Shown piece by piece: positions 1 through 10,358 of a DNA stretch of 64,000 nt; position 1 is the first letter of the stretch; the number at the start of each line of letters is the position of its first letter. The position numbers and the translations under genes were made by a program. The notes beneath the pieces are model-generated. The model was not told the origin of the DNA. It saw only the letters and a list, made by a program, of their open reading frames with translations, and searched no databases. Where the stretch lies: the NCBI GenBank assembly GCA_965541585.1, contig CBEUCH010000017.1:20874-84873 (forward strand). The letters are read 5' to 3'. The stretch comes from an uncultured bacterium. Lineage in GTDB: Bacteria; Zixibacteria; MSB-5A5; UBA10806.

Positions 1-110
1 TGAGGTCCGTCTGCCCCTGTCTCTCCCGCCGGTCCCGCCGGTCCTGTATCCCCCTCGCAGCCCAACGATACCAGCGCCAACAATAAAGCTAAAATAATAG
101 ATCTTTTCAT
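1..110 (-). CDS. 5' part of a lipoprotein with collagen-like G-X-Y repeats (runs off the window edge)
   Basis: Manual translation from ATG at 110: MKRSIILALLLALVSLGC-EGDTGPAGPAGETGADGP; lipobox SLGC; G-rich RBS upstream. Confidence 0.8.
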   Translation of the reverse strand, partial: MKRSIILALLLALVSLGCEGDTGPAGPAGETGADGP

Positions 111-439
111 GAAATCACCCCCTTTCGCGTGATCTGATATATCAATAAGATACAGAATTGATTTTTTTCGGTCAAGCAAAAAAACGCTTGACAGATCGAG
201 ATCTCCTGTGTATAATCTCGGCCGACTGATTTTTGATAGCCCTTTTATTGAATTGCTGAAGGCCCTGGAACCTTCTCTCTCGAAGGAATTCCGCGGCCCG
301 AGGCATCTAAAGAGAGAAGAGGTTGTCCTGCCAAAAAGACAGTGTTACATGTTACCGTTGCAGGGTTTAAGACGTATATATTATAGGACTACAAGGACTA
401 CAGGTTTTCTCTTGCGTCTCCATGCCAGTGGGCTATTAG

Positions 440-2602
440 TCAGACCATCCACGGAATCCTATCTGAGCCGGGTCTTGGCAGTTCAATACGCAAGGCCTCG
501 GACGGAGGCCAAACCTCCAATAGCTTGTTATCCTCCTTAACCTCAACCCTGAAGGAAATTATTTCCTCCGGTTTCAGCTTGAATTCCATAAGCGGCAGCG
601 AAATCTCCAATATGTCCTCGATCTGATGTCTAAAGCCTTGAATCTCTCTGTCGTCAAGCTTCATTTTCGCGTCAGGGCCGGTTATAGAAAGCCTCCCTGC
701 TCTTGGCTTCAAGAATTCAATTACAAAAGTGAGCCGGCGGAATCTTATAATATCTACACCAGTAGCTTTGTCGACACGAATATACAGGTTCCTCTGATCA
801 AAGCCGAACCATATCCCGGACACTAGCATTTCTGATTTATGCATGGTTGAGCCGGCTTTAAGACAATTGAGGAATCCGGCCTGCTGCCATTCAAAATAAT
901 GGGTCAGCATACCGTCTATGGTCGGGGTTATATACTCGATCGGGACCGTCAGGTGCTCGGGCGTAAAGCTCGACCGTATAGGCTCTAAAAGGCCGGGCGG
1001 CGGATCCCGGTCAGTAAGTTTATAAACATTAGCCAGATGTGATCTAAACAGGCGGTCGAAATCGTCGTTATTCGGCCCGACGTGATCATCGCCGAACCAC
1101 CAGCACCAATCAGAACCCTCCGCTATATAGATTTCCCTCCAGGCTTTCCGGAGCCCTTCCTTATCGAACTCCGGGTTGGATTTCTGGAAATTTAGAAGAT
1201 CATTCCTTGCTTTCGATAGCAGATCCCAGGCTTTATTATCTTCGCGGTGCCCGATCCAGATGGCGAAATTGTGATTGATCCAGCTACCCGGATAGAGTTT
1301 TTTGAGTTGCAATGATTCCGGTTTACCGGATAGATACTGGCTGAAAGTCGTTGTCTCCAGCCAATCCGCCTCGGAAATTTTGGTATATAATATGCTCAGA
1401 AAATCATGACCATCGTTAGGATAATACTCCCAGGCGTTTTCGCCGTCGAGAATGACCGATACAATGGGGTCTTTTATATTTTTTGAAATCAGGTTTCTGT
1501 GAATCGCATCTAACCTGGTGAGAAAATCGTCGGCGCCCTTTTCCGGATCCCATTGTGAATAAACAAAACCGATATTATCAGAAAGCGTACGATCGCGGAA
1601 AAAGATCTTGAGCGCTGCCCCTCCCTTGCTGAGGGAATAACTCCTGTACAGATCTCCGGATTTAGCCGGTTTATCGACGCTTCCCTGCTCGCCCGGGCCG
1701 GTCAGGCTGCGGGCCAGAATCTCTTCATCGGTGGCGATCCACTGGATTCCCTGTTCGGAGATTATAGGTATAATATCCTCGGAAACCGAGCCTTCCGACG
1801 GCCACATGCCGCTCGGCGGTTTGCCGAAAAGCTCGACGTACAGATCAACGGCCATGGCCACCTGCTTGTGGACGTCCTCCGGATGCTGAAATCTTTCCTG
1901 CGGTAACTCTGCGTCCGGTGTGGCAACCTTTGCGACGGCAGAGTCATATAATAGGGGCATTATGGGATGAAAATAAGGACTGGTGGAGACCTCGATTTGC
2001 CCCATTTCCATCATCTCTTTCAACTCCGGGACTATCCTCCCGATAATTCTCTGATGCGCGGATAGAATTTCCCGCTTATCCTCCTCCGTGTACCTCTCCC
2101 CTTTTTCAGTTAATTCAGAAAGCCTGCCGTTCTTCTTGAATGTCGGATCGATCCATGCCAGGTTAGATAAACATTGCAGGTCGCGCCAATCGTTTTCCTC
2201 CCAGCTGTCCATGGCCCTTTTGCGATCGTCGAACAGCTGTCTATATCTGCGGTTCGGGTAGATCATGTTATCGTAATTAGCCTGAAAATGCAGATCCAGG
2301 ATTCTCTGTTTATCTTCGTCTGTCAGACCTGATGCTTTTTTCAAGCTTAATTCGAGATGCGGATCAAAAGCGACGCCTCTGGCATAGTCGTCCAGCTGCT
2401 CCAGCAGCGATGGAACCATATTGAACGTTTGTCTTATGCGGGGAAAGCTTCTGAGGATCTCCACCATGTCGAGGTAATCCTTGACGCCGTGAAGCCTGAC
2501 CCACGGTAAGTGATAATAACCTGTTGAGAGGTCTTTATAAAAGGGTTGATGTTGATGCCATAGAAACGCTAATTTCAGCACAGGTTCAAGTGCCTGTATC
2601 AA
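440..2602 (-). CDS. Glycoside hydrolase family 57 (amylopullulanase-like)
   Basis: WHQHQP, LPWVRLH, SPYFHPIMP, WPSEGSVS, ILDGENAWE, AEGSDWCWW motifs. Confidence 0.92.
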   Translation of the reverse strand: MIQALEPVLKLAFLWHQHQPFYKDLSTGYYHLPWVRLHGVKDYLDMVEILRSFPRIRQTFNMVPSLLEQLDDYARGVAFDPHLELSLKKASGLTDEDKQRILDLHFQANYDNMIYPNRRYRQLFDDRKRAMDSWEENDWRDLQCLSNLAWIDPTFKKNGRLSELTEKGERYTEEDKREILSAHQRIIGRIVPELKEMMEMGQIEVSTSPYFHPIMPLLYDSAVAKVATPDAELPQERFQHPEDVHKQVAMAVDLYVELFGKPPSGMWPSEGSVSEDIIPIISEQGIQWIATDEEILARSLTGPGEQGSVDKPAKSGDLYRSYSLSKGGAALKIFFRDRTLSDNIGFVYSQWDPEKGADDFLTRLDAIHRNLISKNIKDPIVSVILDGENAWEYYPNDGHDFLSILYTKISEADWLETTTFSQYLSGKPESLQLKKLYPGSWINHNFAIWIGHREDNKAWDLLSKARNDLLNFQKSNPEFDKEGLRKAWREIYIAEGSDWCWWFGDDHVGPNNDDFDRLFRSHLANVYKLTDRDPPPGLLEPIRSSFTPEHLTVPIEYITPTIDGMLTHYFEWQQAGFLNCLKAGSTMHKSEMLVSGIWFGFDQRNLYIRVDKATGVDIIRFRRLTFVIEFLKPRAGRLSITGPDAKMKLDDREIQGFRHQIEDILEISLPLMEFKLKPEEIISFRVEVKEDNKLLEVWPPSEALRIELPRPGSDRIPWMV

Positions 2603-2620
2603 TGGTTAGTATGGCTCTCG

Positions 2621-3292
2621 TCAATACTTGATCTCCGCCAGAGATCGCCGCGCTGTATTGGCCTGCACCGAGTTCCCGTAGGAACTATCGATTTCGCTAT
2701 AGGCTATTCTCGCCGATGCCGTATCCCCTGCCGCAACGAAATTTATGCCGGCCCGAAGGAGGTAACGGGGTGCCCATAGTTCATCGGGAAATATCATGGC
2801 TGCCTCCAGGTAGAGCCTTGCGGCCTCAAGCCTGTCGCCATCAATCTCCGTGCAGGAAGCGGCCCCGGCGACGGCGCTCGATAACATCATCTTATCTTTA
2901 TCATATGCCGCAATGAGCCTTTCATAATGGTCTCGGGCTTCTGTGTAATTCTTCTCCTGAAAACTGCGGTTGGCTAAGATAAAAGTCGCCCGCGCAGCCT
3001 GGTTTGTTCCGGAGTAGTTTTCGGCCAGGGATTTTAGATCGCCGAATGCTTCTTCCACCAGGCCCGCGTCGAAAGCCAGGTGGGCCCTGGCAAGAAGAGT
3101 AGCGGCCTCGTTTTTCTTCCGATCCGCGCTCCACAGCAAAAGCACCACGGCTATAAAAACAACCGCCACCGCTACCCCGCTAATCACAAAACGAGTTGGG
3201 TTTTTTTGAATATACTCACTGGCCTTGAAGACCGTGGTGACAAGCTTGTCTTCCTTGATCTGTCTTTTTGAAATCCTCTTGGCTGGACTCAT
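2621..3292 (-). CDS. Membrane-anchored TPR protein (YfgM-like)
   Basis: N-terminal K-E-D motif, single TM helix, helical TPR-like repeats. Confidence 0.75.
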   Translation of the reverse strand: MSPAKRISKRQIKEDKLVTTVFKASEYIQKNPTRFVISGVAVAVVFIAVVLLLWSADRKKNEAATLLARAHLAFDAGLVEEAFGDLKSLAENYSGTNQAARATFILANRSFQEKNYTEARDHYERLIAAYDKDKMMLSSAVAGAASCTEIDGDRLEAARLYLEAAMIFPDELWAPRYLLRAGINFVAAGDTASARIAYSEIDSSYGNSVQANTARRSLAEIKY

Positions 3293-3468
3293 TCCAACAA
3301 CTCCTTCGCACCCGGATTCTGCTTCAAATCCGGCTGTGCAATCTACAATTATATCGACGGATCGGCAAGCAATATTTAATTTGGGATACCGCTGTTATCT
3401 AATAAAAAAGGCGAGCTCGGTATTCATCACAAAATCCAGGGCTCGCCTCGGAGTCAAGATCAAAATTA

Positions 3469-4815
3469 TCAGAAATACATTCCCGCCGAAATGAACAGCC
3501 GGCTGTAATCCCGCTTAATCTCAAAATCCACCGGCGCTGTAAAAGTGACAGTGCCATTGTAGGAACTACTTCCAAACTGGTATGCCAGATCGAACCAGAT
3601 CTTTTCAAAATATAAACCCGTTCCGAACGTAATGATATTTGTCGAAATCTGATCGCCTCTTTCATCGGCCCAGGTGCTGTCTGTCGCATTAAAGGTATAA
3701 GAGGTACGCTCCTTTATCGCAGACGGTTCATTCCTGAAACCGGCTCTCACAGGGATATCTGCGAATCCGGCGTCCAGAATGTACTCGGCGCCTATCCTGA
3801 ACTGGTTAACATCTTCCCATCCAAGATTAAAGGTGGTATCGGAAATAATAATCCGCTCCCAATTAGTTTTAACGTCGACTTTTGACAGCGGACGGCTATC
3901 GAAATCAAACGCCAGGGTAAAATTCTCCACAGGCGCGATACCGATCCCCAGAGAATAGCTGAGCGGCATGTTATAGGTATAGCTCACGCGCTCAACGACA
4001 CCTATCGGCGCCGGCGGAATAATGATTTGGTATGTCCATTTGGCGTCCTGTGTCAGGTCATAAGGCGTATGGACAACCGCCCCGCCTTTTATTATGCCAA
4101 AATCAGCGGAAAGACCCAAATCGAGATTAAATCCGGAAAAGTGAGAATTGAAGTTGGTCCAGAAGTCTACCGTGTCTACGTTTTGTCCGGCTGAAATAAA
4201 CTCAAAGGATGCGCCCTCAAATTCGTTTTGCTCGCTGTTGCGGATATAGAGATTGGCCGTCAGCCCTATACCAATCCCTTCTGTTATCTTGTTGGCGATC
4301 CCCATGCTTACAGCGTCGATCCCGCGATCCTGTGAGAATGAATTTTCGGTACCGGCGAACCCCGGAGTATTGTATTCGAAAACCATATCATAGACGTTTC
4401 TATAACCACCGCCGACAGCCCATTCCCTCTCCATAAATTCGAAAGGCGCGGTAAATCCACCGAAGTTCAAGCTGAAATGCTCTCGGTTAATTTCTACAGG
4501 CTGGATGTTTGCCTCCGCGTATAATGGAGAGTATCGAGTGAATGTGCCATTGAACTTATCTCCGACGGAAACAAGCTGGACTCCGATCTTAGTCTTGTCG
4601 GTGTAAATCATGGCGGCGGGATTCCATGAATAAGCCATCTCGCCTTCGGCGATTCCGAGGAAGGCCCCGCCCATACCTGCGGCCCTCGCTCCACCACCGG
4701 TTACGTTGAATTCCAGCCGGCTGGGATTAATACCGACATCTTGAGCATTGGATATGGCTGACAGAAAAATCACAATTGCGATAGCCAGAAATATGCTATA
4801 CCGCTTTCTCATCAT
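3469..4815 (-). CDS. Outer-membrane beta-barrel, OmpP1/FadL/PorV-like
   Basis: Signal peptide, GARAAGMGGAF...WNPAA motif, alternating beta strands, C-terminal F. Confidence 0.8.
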   Translation of the reverse strand: MMRKRYSIFLAIAIVIFLSAISNAQDVGINPSRLEFNVTGGGARAAGMGGAFLGIAEGEMAYSWNPAAMIYTDKTKIGVQLVSVGDKFNGTFTRYSPLYAEANIQPVEINREHFSLNFGGFTAPFEFMEREWAVGGGYRNVYDMVFEYNTPGFAGTENSFSQDRGIDAVSMGIANKITEGIGIGLTANLYIRNSEQNEFEGASFEFISAGQNVDTVDFWTNFNSHFSGFNLDLGLSADFGIIKGGAVVHTPYDLTQDAKWTYQIIIPPAPIGVVERVSYTYNMPLSYSLGIGIAPVENFTLAFDFDSRPLSKVDVKTNWERIIISDTTFNLGWEDVNQFRIGAEYILDAGFADIPVRAGFRNEPSAIKERTSYTFNATDSTWADERGDQISTNIITFGTGLYFEKIWFDLAYQFGSSSYNGTVTFTAPVDFEIKRDYSRLFISAGMYF

Positions 4816-5062
4816 TCCTCCAGAATTCGGGAAAACAATCCGTAATTATTCTCATCACAGTTCCGGGGCTTAGATAACTCCCCGTTTCGGGGATCTTCAG
4901 CTATCAAGCCCGCTTGATATACATCTCAAGCCTGCTGTTTATTCCCCAAAGCGCCCCAAATTTAATGTCTTGAGCAATCGTTTGCAAGCCTTTTTTGGCA
5001 CGTGCCCGATATAAAATGCGGACCGTGGAAGATGGGGATAGTACGGTCATGCGCCATACAAA

Positions 5063-5136
5063 TACCCCCGGCCCGGCTCGAACGGGCGACCTGCGGTTTA
5101 GGAAACCGACGCTCTATCCAACTGAGCTACGGGGGC
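5063..5136 (-). tRNA. tRNA-Arg (anticodon CCT)
   Basis: GCCCCCGTAGCTCAGTTGGATAGAGC...TTCCTAA...GTTCGAGCC...GGGGGTA cloverleaf; CCA not encoded. Confidence 0.95.
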
Positions 5137-5239
5137 GCATGCGGAAATATAAGCCTACTCTGAGATTTAGTCAATCACAGTTATGTCCATGAATCTGTAA
5201 TGATGCCACGAACTTATACCCTGGATACCCCGGGGGATT

Positions 5240-5722
5240 TCAGATCTTGAATGTCTCGCCCCATACGTCGGTTCCCTGATGGCACAACAGCCCGTAGCCT
5301 CTGCCCTGCCCTCGATCCTCAACGAGACTGCCGGGATTAAAGAAAACAGTCCCTCCAAACCTGCCGTGGAAAGGATCATGCGTGTGACCGAAAAGAGCAA
5401 TATCAACCCTGCCCTCGAATTCCTTTCTCACCATGTTAAGGGTCGCCCCCGGCCCTCGCCTCCCATGGATCAGGCCAATCTTCAGACCATCAAGGTCTAT
5501 TATCTTCTTGGACGGGAATATTTCTCTTATCTCATGAGAATCACAGTTGCCGGAAACTGCCTCGAGCCTGGCGAGGATTTCAAGATAATGCACGACATCA
5601 AGAGAGATAAAATCACCCAGATGTATAATAACATCCTCCCGGTTCACCTGATTGGTGAAAGAAACCGGGAGGTTTTTGCCAGACTTTAGATGTGTATCGG
5701 AGATCACCCAGATTTTGGACAA
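5240..5722 (-). CDS. Metallophosphoesterase, YfcE/MJ0936 family
   Basis: SDTH, HLGD, GNCD, HG, FGHTH, NPGS motifs. Confidence 0.9.
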   Translation of the reverse strand: MSKIWVISDTHLKSGKNLPVSFTNQVNREDVIIHLGDFISLDVVHYLEILARLEAVSGNCDSHEIREIFPSKKIIDLDGLKIGLIHGRRGPGATLNMVRKEFEGRVDIALFGHTHDPFHGRFGGTVFFNPGSLVEDRGQGRGYGLLCHQGTDVWGETFKI

Positions 5723-5745
5723 AGGATTATCCCCGCAAGGAATCG

Positions 5746-5841
5746 TTATTTATTCTTCTTCTTATGCCGATTCTTACGCAACCTTTTTTTCCGCTTATGC
5801 GTTTTTATCTTGTGTCTTTTGCGCTTTTTACCACTAGGCAT
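5746..5841 (-). CDS. Small basic ribosomal protein bS22/mS38 (AURKAIP1/COX24 domain), 31 aa
   Basis: Manual translation MPSGKKRKRHKIKTHKRKKRLRKNRHKKKNK*; starts 7 nt after the HU stop; below the ORF-track cutoff. Confidence 0.88.
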   Translation of the reverse strand: MPSGKKRKRHKIKTHKRKKRLRKNRHKKKNK

Positions 5842-5847
5842 TCAATC

Positions 5848-6141
5848 CTACATCTTATTGTGTTCAGAGTTCATAACCAGATTTTTGAATTCATTCGACG
5901 GCTTAAATACCGGAATTTTCCTGTCGGGAACCGGCACCACCTCCCCGGTCCTGGGGTTGCGGGCTTTGCGGGCCTTCCGGGGTTTGATCTTAAAAGTTCC
6001 AAAACCCCTAATCTCGATGTTTTTTCCGTTTTCCAGACTGTGCCTCACTGCATCCAAGAAAGTATCAACCGTGGCTGCAACATCCGTTCGCGTAAGCCCA
6101 GTTTTCTCCGCGACCTGCTCGACCAAATCGGCTTTGGTCAT
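5848..6141 (-). CDS. hup: HU/IHF-family DNA-binding protein
   Basis: MTKADLVE...IEIRGFGTF...RKARNPRTGE; start moved to ATG 6141 after AGGAGG. Confidence 0.93.
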   Translation of the reverse strand: MTKADLVEQVAEKTGLTRTDVAATVDTFLDAVRHSLENGKNIEIRGFGTFKIKPRKARKARNPRTGEVVPVPDRKIPVFKPSNEFKNLVMNSEHNKM

Positions 6142-6179
6142 CGTGCACACCTCCTTAAGATTTGGATTACCTCTATCGT

Positions 6180-6398
6180 TTAATGACTACAACCGCTACA
6201 ATTGTGGCTGGCGCACCCGCCGCAGGATGAGCCTGCCGATGGTACAAAACGTTCGCCCGATCTCATTCCGAAGACTGAAAACTTCCTGCGAAGCTCAGCC
6301 GTACCACACCCAGGGCAACTTGGATCTTTTGAATTTGCGTAGATCAAGAGCTCAAAATCATTTCTGCAAATCAGACAGTGATACTCAAATATCGGCAT
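6180..6398 (-). CDS. FmdB-family zinc-ribbon protein
   Basis: MPIFEYHCxxC...FE...CPGCG, Cys-rich C-terminus. Confidence 0.88.
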   Translation of the reverse strand: MPIFEYHCLICRNDFELLIYANSKDPSCPGCGTAELRRKFSVFGMRSGERFVPSAGSSCGGCASHNCSGCSH

Positions 6399-6404
6399 CT
6401 TTCT

Positions 6405-7304
6405 TCAATAGCCGTACCGGTATTCCAAATATGGCCATGTTCTCTCGAGACCCAGAAATTCGGGGCCGAAACCAGCCAGTTTCATCAGCATATCCCACCA
6501 CGGTCGCTTGAAGGGTCTTTCCTTTACAGTCCGGGGATCGTCTCCCAGGTCAGCCAGTTCTCCGGCAACCGCAATAGCATCCTGCAACGTGCCGAGCCGG
6601 TCTATCAGTCGGAGTTCCATACCCTGACGCCCCGTAAAAACAGAACCATCAGCGAATTCTCTAACGGATTCGATTTCCAGATCGCGTGATTCGGCGATGA
6701 CGTTAACAAACTGATCGTAGGAATCGTCGACAAGCAACTGAAGCATTTTTCTCTCGGCAGGCGTTATCTGACGGGCATAATTGCCCACGTCCTTGATATC
6801 TCCCGATTTGATGACCTCCATGCTGACGCCCACCTTATCCATTAACCCCTGGAGTACCGGGAAAGAGATCATAACACCGATAGATCCGCACACCGTGCCC
6901 GGATTGGCCACAATCGAATCTGCGGCGCATGCTATGTAATATCCGCCGGAGGCGGCTACTGAGCCCATAGAGACGACTACGAACCTTCCGCTATCCTTGA
7001 ATTTCAACAATTGGTCATAAATCTCCTGAGAAGCGGCCACGCCGCCGCCAGGGGTGTCTATTCTCAATACCAGAGCCTTTACGGAGCCGTCGTCCTCGTA
7101 TTTCCTGAGCTGGCGCACAATGTTTTCAGAACTCACGATTACGCCCTTAACATCTACCAGAGCAACCCGGCCTCCGAGAGAAGCGATATCGAGTCCGGCG
7201 GCGCCTCTGGAGAATCCGAACAGGATGGCGGAGATAACGAAAAACATGAAAACCACAGAAATAATTATCACGGCGACTATTATTTTGTCTCTATTTTTGC
7301 CCAT
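6405..7304 (-). CDS. sppA: Signal peptide peptidase SppA (S49)
   Basis: LRIDTPGG, SMGSVAASGGYY, GSIGV, KSG-xKD motifs. Confidence 0.93.
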   Translation of the reverse strand: MGKNRDKIIVAVIIISVVFMFFVISAILFGFSRGAAGLDIASLGGRVALVDVKGVIVSSENIVRQLRKYEDDGSVKALVLRIDTPGGGVAASQEIYDQLLKFKDSGRFVVVSMGSVAASGGYYIACAADSIVANPGTVCGSIGVMISFPVLQGLMDKVGVSMEVIKSGDIKDVGNYARQITPAERKMLQLLVDDSYDQFVNVIAESRDLEIESVREFADGSVFTGRQGMELRLIDRLGTLQDAIAVAGELADLGDDPRTVKERPFKRPWWDMLMKLAGFGPEFLGLERTWPYLEYRYGY

Positions 7305-7359
7305 AATAGCGACTCACAATCTATTCAGGGACTGCTCTAATGTCAATTGTTTTTTGAGG

Positions 7360-9396
7360 TTACTTTAAATAAATCTTCAACTTATCGCCAGGATATAATC
7401 TCGATTTGGAGCTAATGTTGTTCCATCTGGCCAAATCCCTAATTTCCACACTGTTCTCTTTCGCTATCTTCCATAGTGTATCTCCGCGGCGAATAGTATA
7501 GATAAAAGAGTCCTTGTAGGCCGCACCCGATCCGGAGCTTGTATATTGTGTATCACTTGAACTGTTCGTCGGAACCATAAGAGACATACCAGGATAGATT
7601 TCATTAGATGCCAGGCCGTTGGCCCTCTTGATGCTCCCAACCGTGGTTTGGTAAGCCCTGGCGATCCGCCAGAGATTATCACCCCGGCGGACTTTGTATT
7701 TGATGAATGCTGCATCCGTATTCGCCGGACCTCCTTTGCCATCCGGGATGATTAGCTCCCGTCCGGCGTATATCCTGTTCGCTGAGAGTCTGTTTGTCCG
7801 TTTCAATGCGGCCACCGTAACGCCATGGGCAACAGCAATATCCCAAAGGGTATCGCCATACCTGACCATATATTTGCCATTGGAGCTTTTCTTGATTTTG
7901 ATCTTCGCACTGCTTTTACCCTTCGATCCGGCGGGCGTTGTCCTTCCCGGCGGAACCGGGATCACCAGGCTCTTGCCTGCGTAGATACGCTTTTTTCTGC
8001 CGAGGCTGTTGGCCTGGACGACTGATGCAATCGAAACACCGTATCTCCTCGCTATTGTAGATACGGTCTCGCCTCTTCTTATTCTGTGCTTCACCCAGTT
8101 GGTGTTCTTCTCCGACGGTATATCGTCATAGGCAGCAAGGAACCGTTCTGAATCGCCTGCGGGGATCCTCAGCGAGTAATTCTTTATATCGGGAGGCGTT
8201 ACTCCTCTCCGTAACTCGGGATTCAAAAGCTCCAGGTCCGAGACAGTTATGCCTGTTCTGGATGAAATATTCTTAAAGGATATACACTTGGAAACTTCAA
8301 CCCGATCGAACTCAATTGCGGATTCGTAGTTCGGATGAAACCCATATTTCTCAGGTTGTTTGGCGATTATGGTGGCAGCCATAAAAAGCGGAACATAATT
8401 CATAGTCTGCTTGTGCGGCCGAAGCTTCCAGAAATCCTTTGTCTTCCTTTTACGTATTTCGCGGCGGATACGGCCGGCTCCTCCGTTATAGGCCGCCAGG
8501 GCCAGATTCCATGATCCGAATTCTTTGTAGAGATCTTCGAGATGCCGGGCAGCGGCCCTGGTTGATTTCTCAAAATCCCGACGTTGGTCATACCACCAGT
8601 TATGTCTAAGCCCATATGACCTTCCGGTAGCTGAGATAAACTGCCACATGCCTACCGCCCTGGCATACGAATATGCATGGGGATTAAAACCGGATTCAAT
8701 CAACGGCAGATATGCAAGATCATGCGGGATCTCGTACTCCGCTAATATCTTCTCCACTAAGGGCATATATCTGCCTGAATTCTCAAGATATGTCGCAAAC
8801 GCGTCCCGGGCGACGGTCTGCAGATATACCAGCGAGTTTTCTACCCTATCGTTCCATTCTATCGGAATATCGTAAATGACCGTGTCGGCCCTATCGAAAT
8901 CCCGGAAAGCGTCGGATTCTTTCAGCTTTTTAAAATTCTTGACATCCTCGAAAAGCTCCCTGAAAGCCGCTACCGATGATTGCGAATAAAGCACACCGGT
9001 GCTCATCAAAGTCAGGCGAAAATCCTGTTCAATCTCGCTTAAAAGCCTGTCAATCCTGACAGCCTGATCAGGATACTCTTCGACATCGAGATCTACTTCG
9101 GAAAGAACCTCCAGAGCCTGTTCGTATGTTTGCTGAGCCGAATCGAGGATACCCTGGTGAAAGTAGGCGACCGCCCTGGCATAATAGTATTCTGCCCTGT
9201 CGATCTCACGATCTATCTCCAGGGCATCAGCCGGGATTTCATCGGATTCGATTGCCGGATCTTGAATGGTCTCTTGATCTCCCCCTTTAACCGGTCTATC
9301 ACTGTCGGCCCTCATCAGCCGTGTGGGATCAGGGTGAGAACAAGCTAGTAAAACCATGGTTAGGAACGGGACGATCGCAAGGTGCTCTTTTTTCAT
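7360..9396 (-). CDS. MltD-like lytic transglycosylase lipoprotein with four LysM domains
   Basis: Lipobox LLAC, IESGFNP-A-S-A-AVGMWQF, ALAAYNGG, 4 LysM repeats. Confidence 0.9.
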   Translation of the reverse strand: MKKEHLAIVPFLTMVLLACSHPDPTRLMRADSDRPVKGGDQETIQDPAIESDEIPADALEIDREIDRAEYYYARAVAYFHQGILDSAQQTYEQALEVLSEVDLDVEEYPDQAVRIDRLLSEIEQDFRLTLMSTGVLYSQSSVAAFRELFEDVKNFKKLKESDAFRDFDRADTVIYDIPIEWNDRVENSLVYLQTVARDAFATYLENSGRYMPLVEKILAEYEIPHDLAYLPLIESGFNPHAYSYARAVGMWQFISATGRSYGLRHNWWYDQRRDFEKSTRAAARHLEDLYKEFGSWNLALAAYNGGAGRIRREIRKRKTKDFWKLRPHKQTMNYVPLFMAATIIAKQPEKYGFHPNYESAIEFDRVEVSKCISFKNISSRTGITVSDLELLNPELRRGVTPPDIKNYSLRIPAGDSERFLAAYDDIPSEKNTNWVKHRIRRGETVSTIARRYGVSIASVVQANSLGRKKRIYAGKSLVIPVPPGRTTPAGSKGKSSAKIKIKKSSNGKYMVRYGDTLWDIAVAHGVTVAALKRTNRLSANRIYAGRELIIPDGKGGPANTDAAFIKYKVRRGDNLWRIARAYQTTVGSIKRANGLASNEIYPGMSLMVPTNSSSDTQYTSSGSGAAYKDSFIYTIRRGDTLWKIAKENSVEIRDLARWNNISSKSRLYPGDKLKIYLK

Positions 9397-9409
9397 AACT
9401 TCATCTCAT

Positions 9410-10354
9410 TTAACAAGATTCGCCTTCACTGTCAAGCCCTTTAAGATATTCGTCTAAACTGCCAAAAACTTTATCGTAGAACCGGTTCTCATCAGGATTC
9501 ATCCAGTTAGGGGAGGTCCGATTCTTAAACCAGGTCATCTGACGCTTGGCGTAATTGCGGCTATGTTGTTTTACAAGTTCAACTGCCTCATCGATTGATG
9601 TGTTCCCCTCCATGGCGTCGATAATCTCGTAATATCCGACTATTTTCCTTTTTTTTATCTGCTCCCCAAGGCCATCGGCCACCAATTCCTCGATTTCTGC
9701 AATCAGGCCGCTATCGACCATCTTTTCGACCCGACGGTTGATCCGATCATAAAGCTGGTTCCGGGGCGGATTCAATCCTATCCAATAATACTCAGCGTCG
9801 GGGATCGAATGTCGACCTGCGTTTTTCAACCGGCTTGGTATTTCACCCGAGAGCTTGAATATCTCCAGCGCCCTGATAATCCTGACAATATCATTTGGGG
9901 AAAATCTCCCGGCAGTTTCAGGATCGATCTCCACCAACTCTCGATACAGGGTCTCCGATCCCTCACGATCCGCTCTTGCTTCCAATTCACTCCTGAGTCG
10001 ATCGTCCCTTTCGGGACCCTCAAATAATCCCCTGGTCAGCGCTTCTATATAGAGGCCTGCGCCACCGACTATCATTGGTATACGGTCGGCCTGATAGATA
10101 AGTTCGATAGCCTCCCCCGCCAGGTCCGCATAGCGCCTGGCGGTAAAATTCTCCTTTATATCGGCGACGTCGATCAAATAATGGGGAATCTTCAGTCTTT
10201 CGGCTTTAGAAGGCTTGGCGGTGCCTATGTCGAGGCGGCGGTATATCTGACGGGAGTCGGCGCTGATTATCGATCCGCCGTAACGGGTTGCCAGTTCCAA
10301 TGCCAGCGATGATTTGCCGGATCCGGTTGGGCCGCAGATAACGACCGCTCTCAT
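9410..10354 (-). CDS. miaA: tRNA dimethylallyltransferase
   Basis: GPTGSGKS, SADSRQIY, DIGTAKP, RNYAKRQMTWF; start at MRAVV downstream of mutL. Confidence 0.96.
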   Translation of the reverse strand: MRAVVICGPTGSGKSSLALELATRYGGSIISADSRQIYRRLDIGTAKPSKAERLKIPHYLIDVADIKENFTARRYADLAGEAIELIYQADRIPMIVGGAGLYIEALTRGLFEGPERDDRLRSELEARADREGSETLYRELVEIDPETAGRFSPNDIVRIIRALEIFKLSGEIPSRLKNAGRHSIPDAEYYWIGLNPPRNQLYDRINRRVEKMVDSGLIAEIEELVADGLGEQIKKRKIVGYYEIIDAMEGNTSIDEAVELVKQHSRNYAKRQMTWFKNRTSPNWMNPDENRFYDKVFGSLDEYLKGLDSEGESC

Positions 10355-10358
10355 GGAT

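Noticed and set aside
5690..6511. 273-aa plus-strand ORF and similar long antisense ORFs (e.g. 14104-14781, 20282-20968, 33537-34331, 62962-63627)
   Set aside because: They lie opposite well-supported genes and show no recognisable motifs; treated as shadow ORFs.
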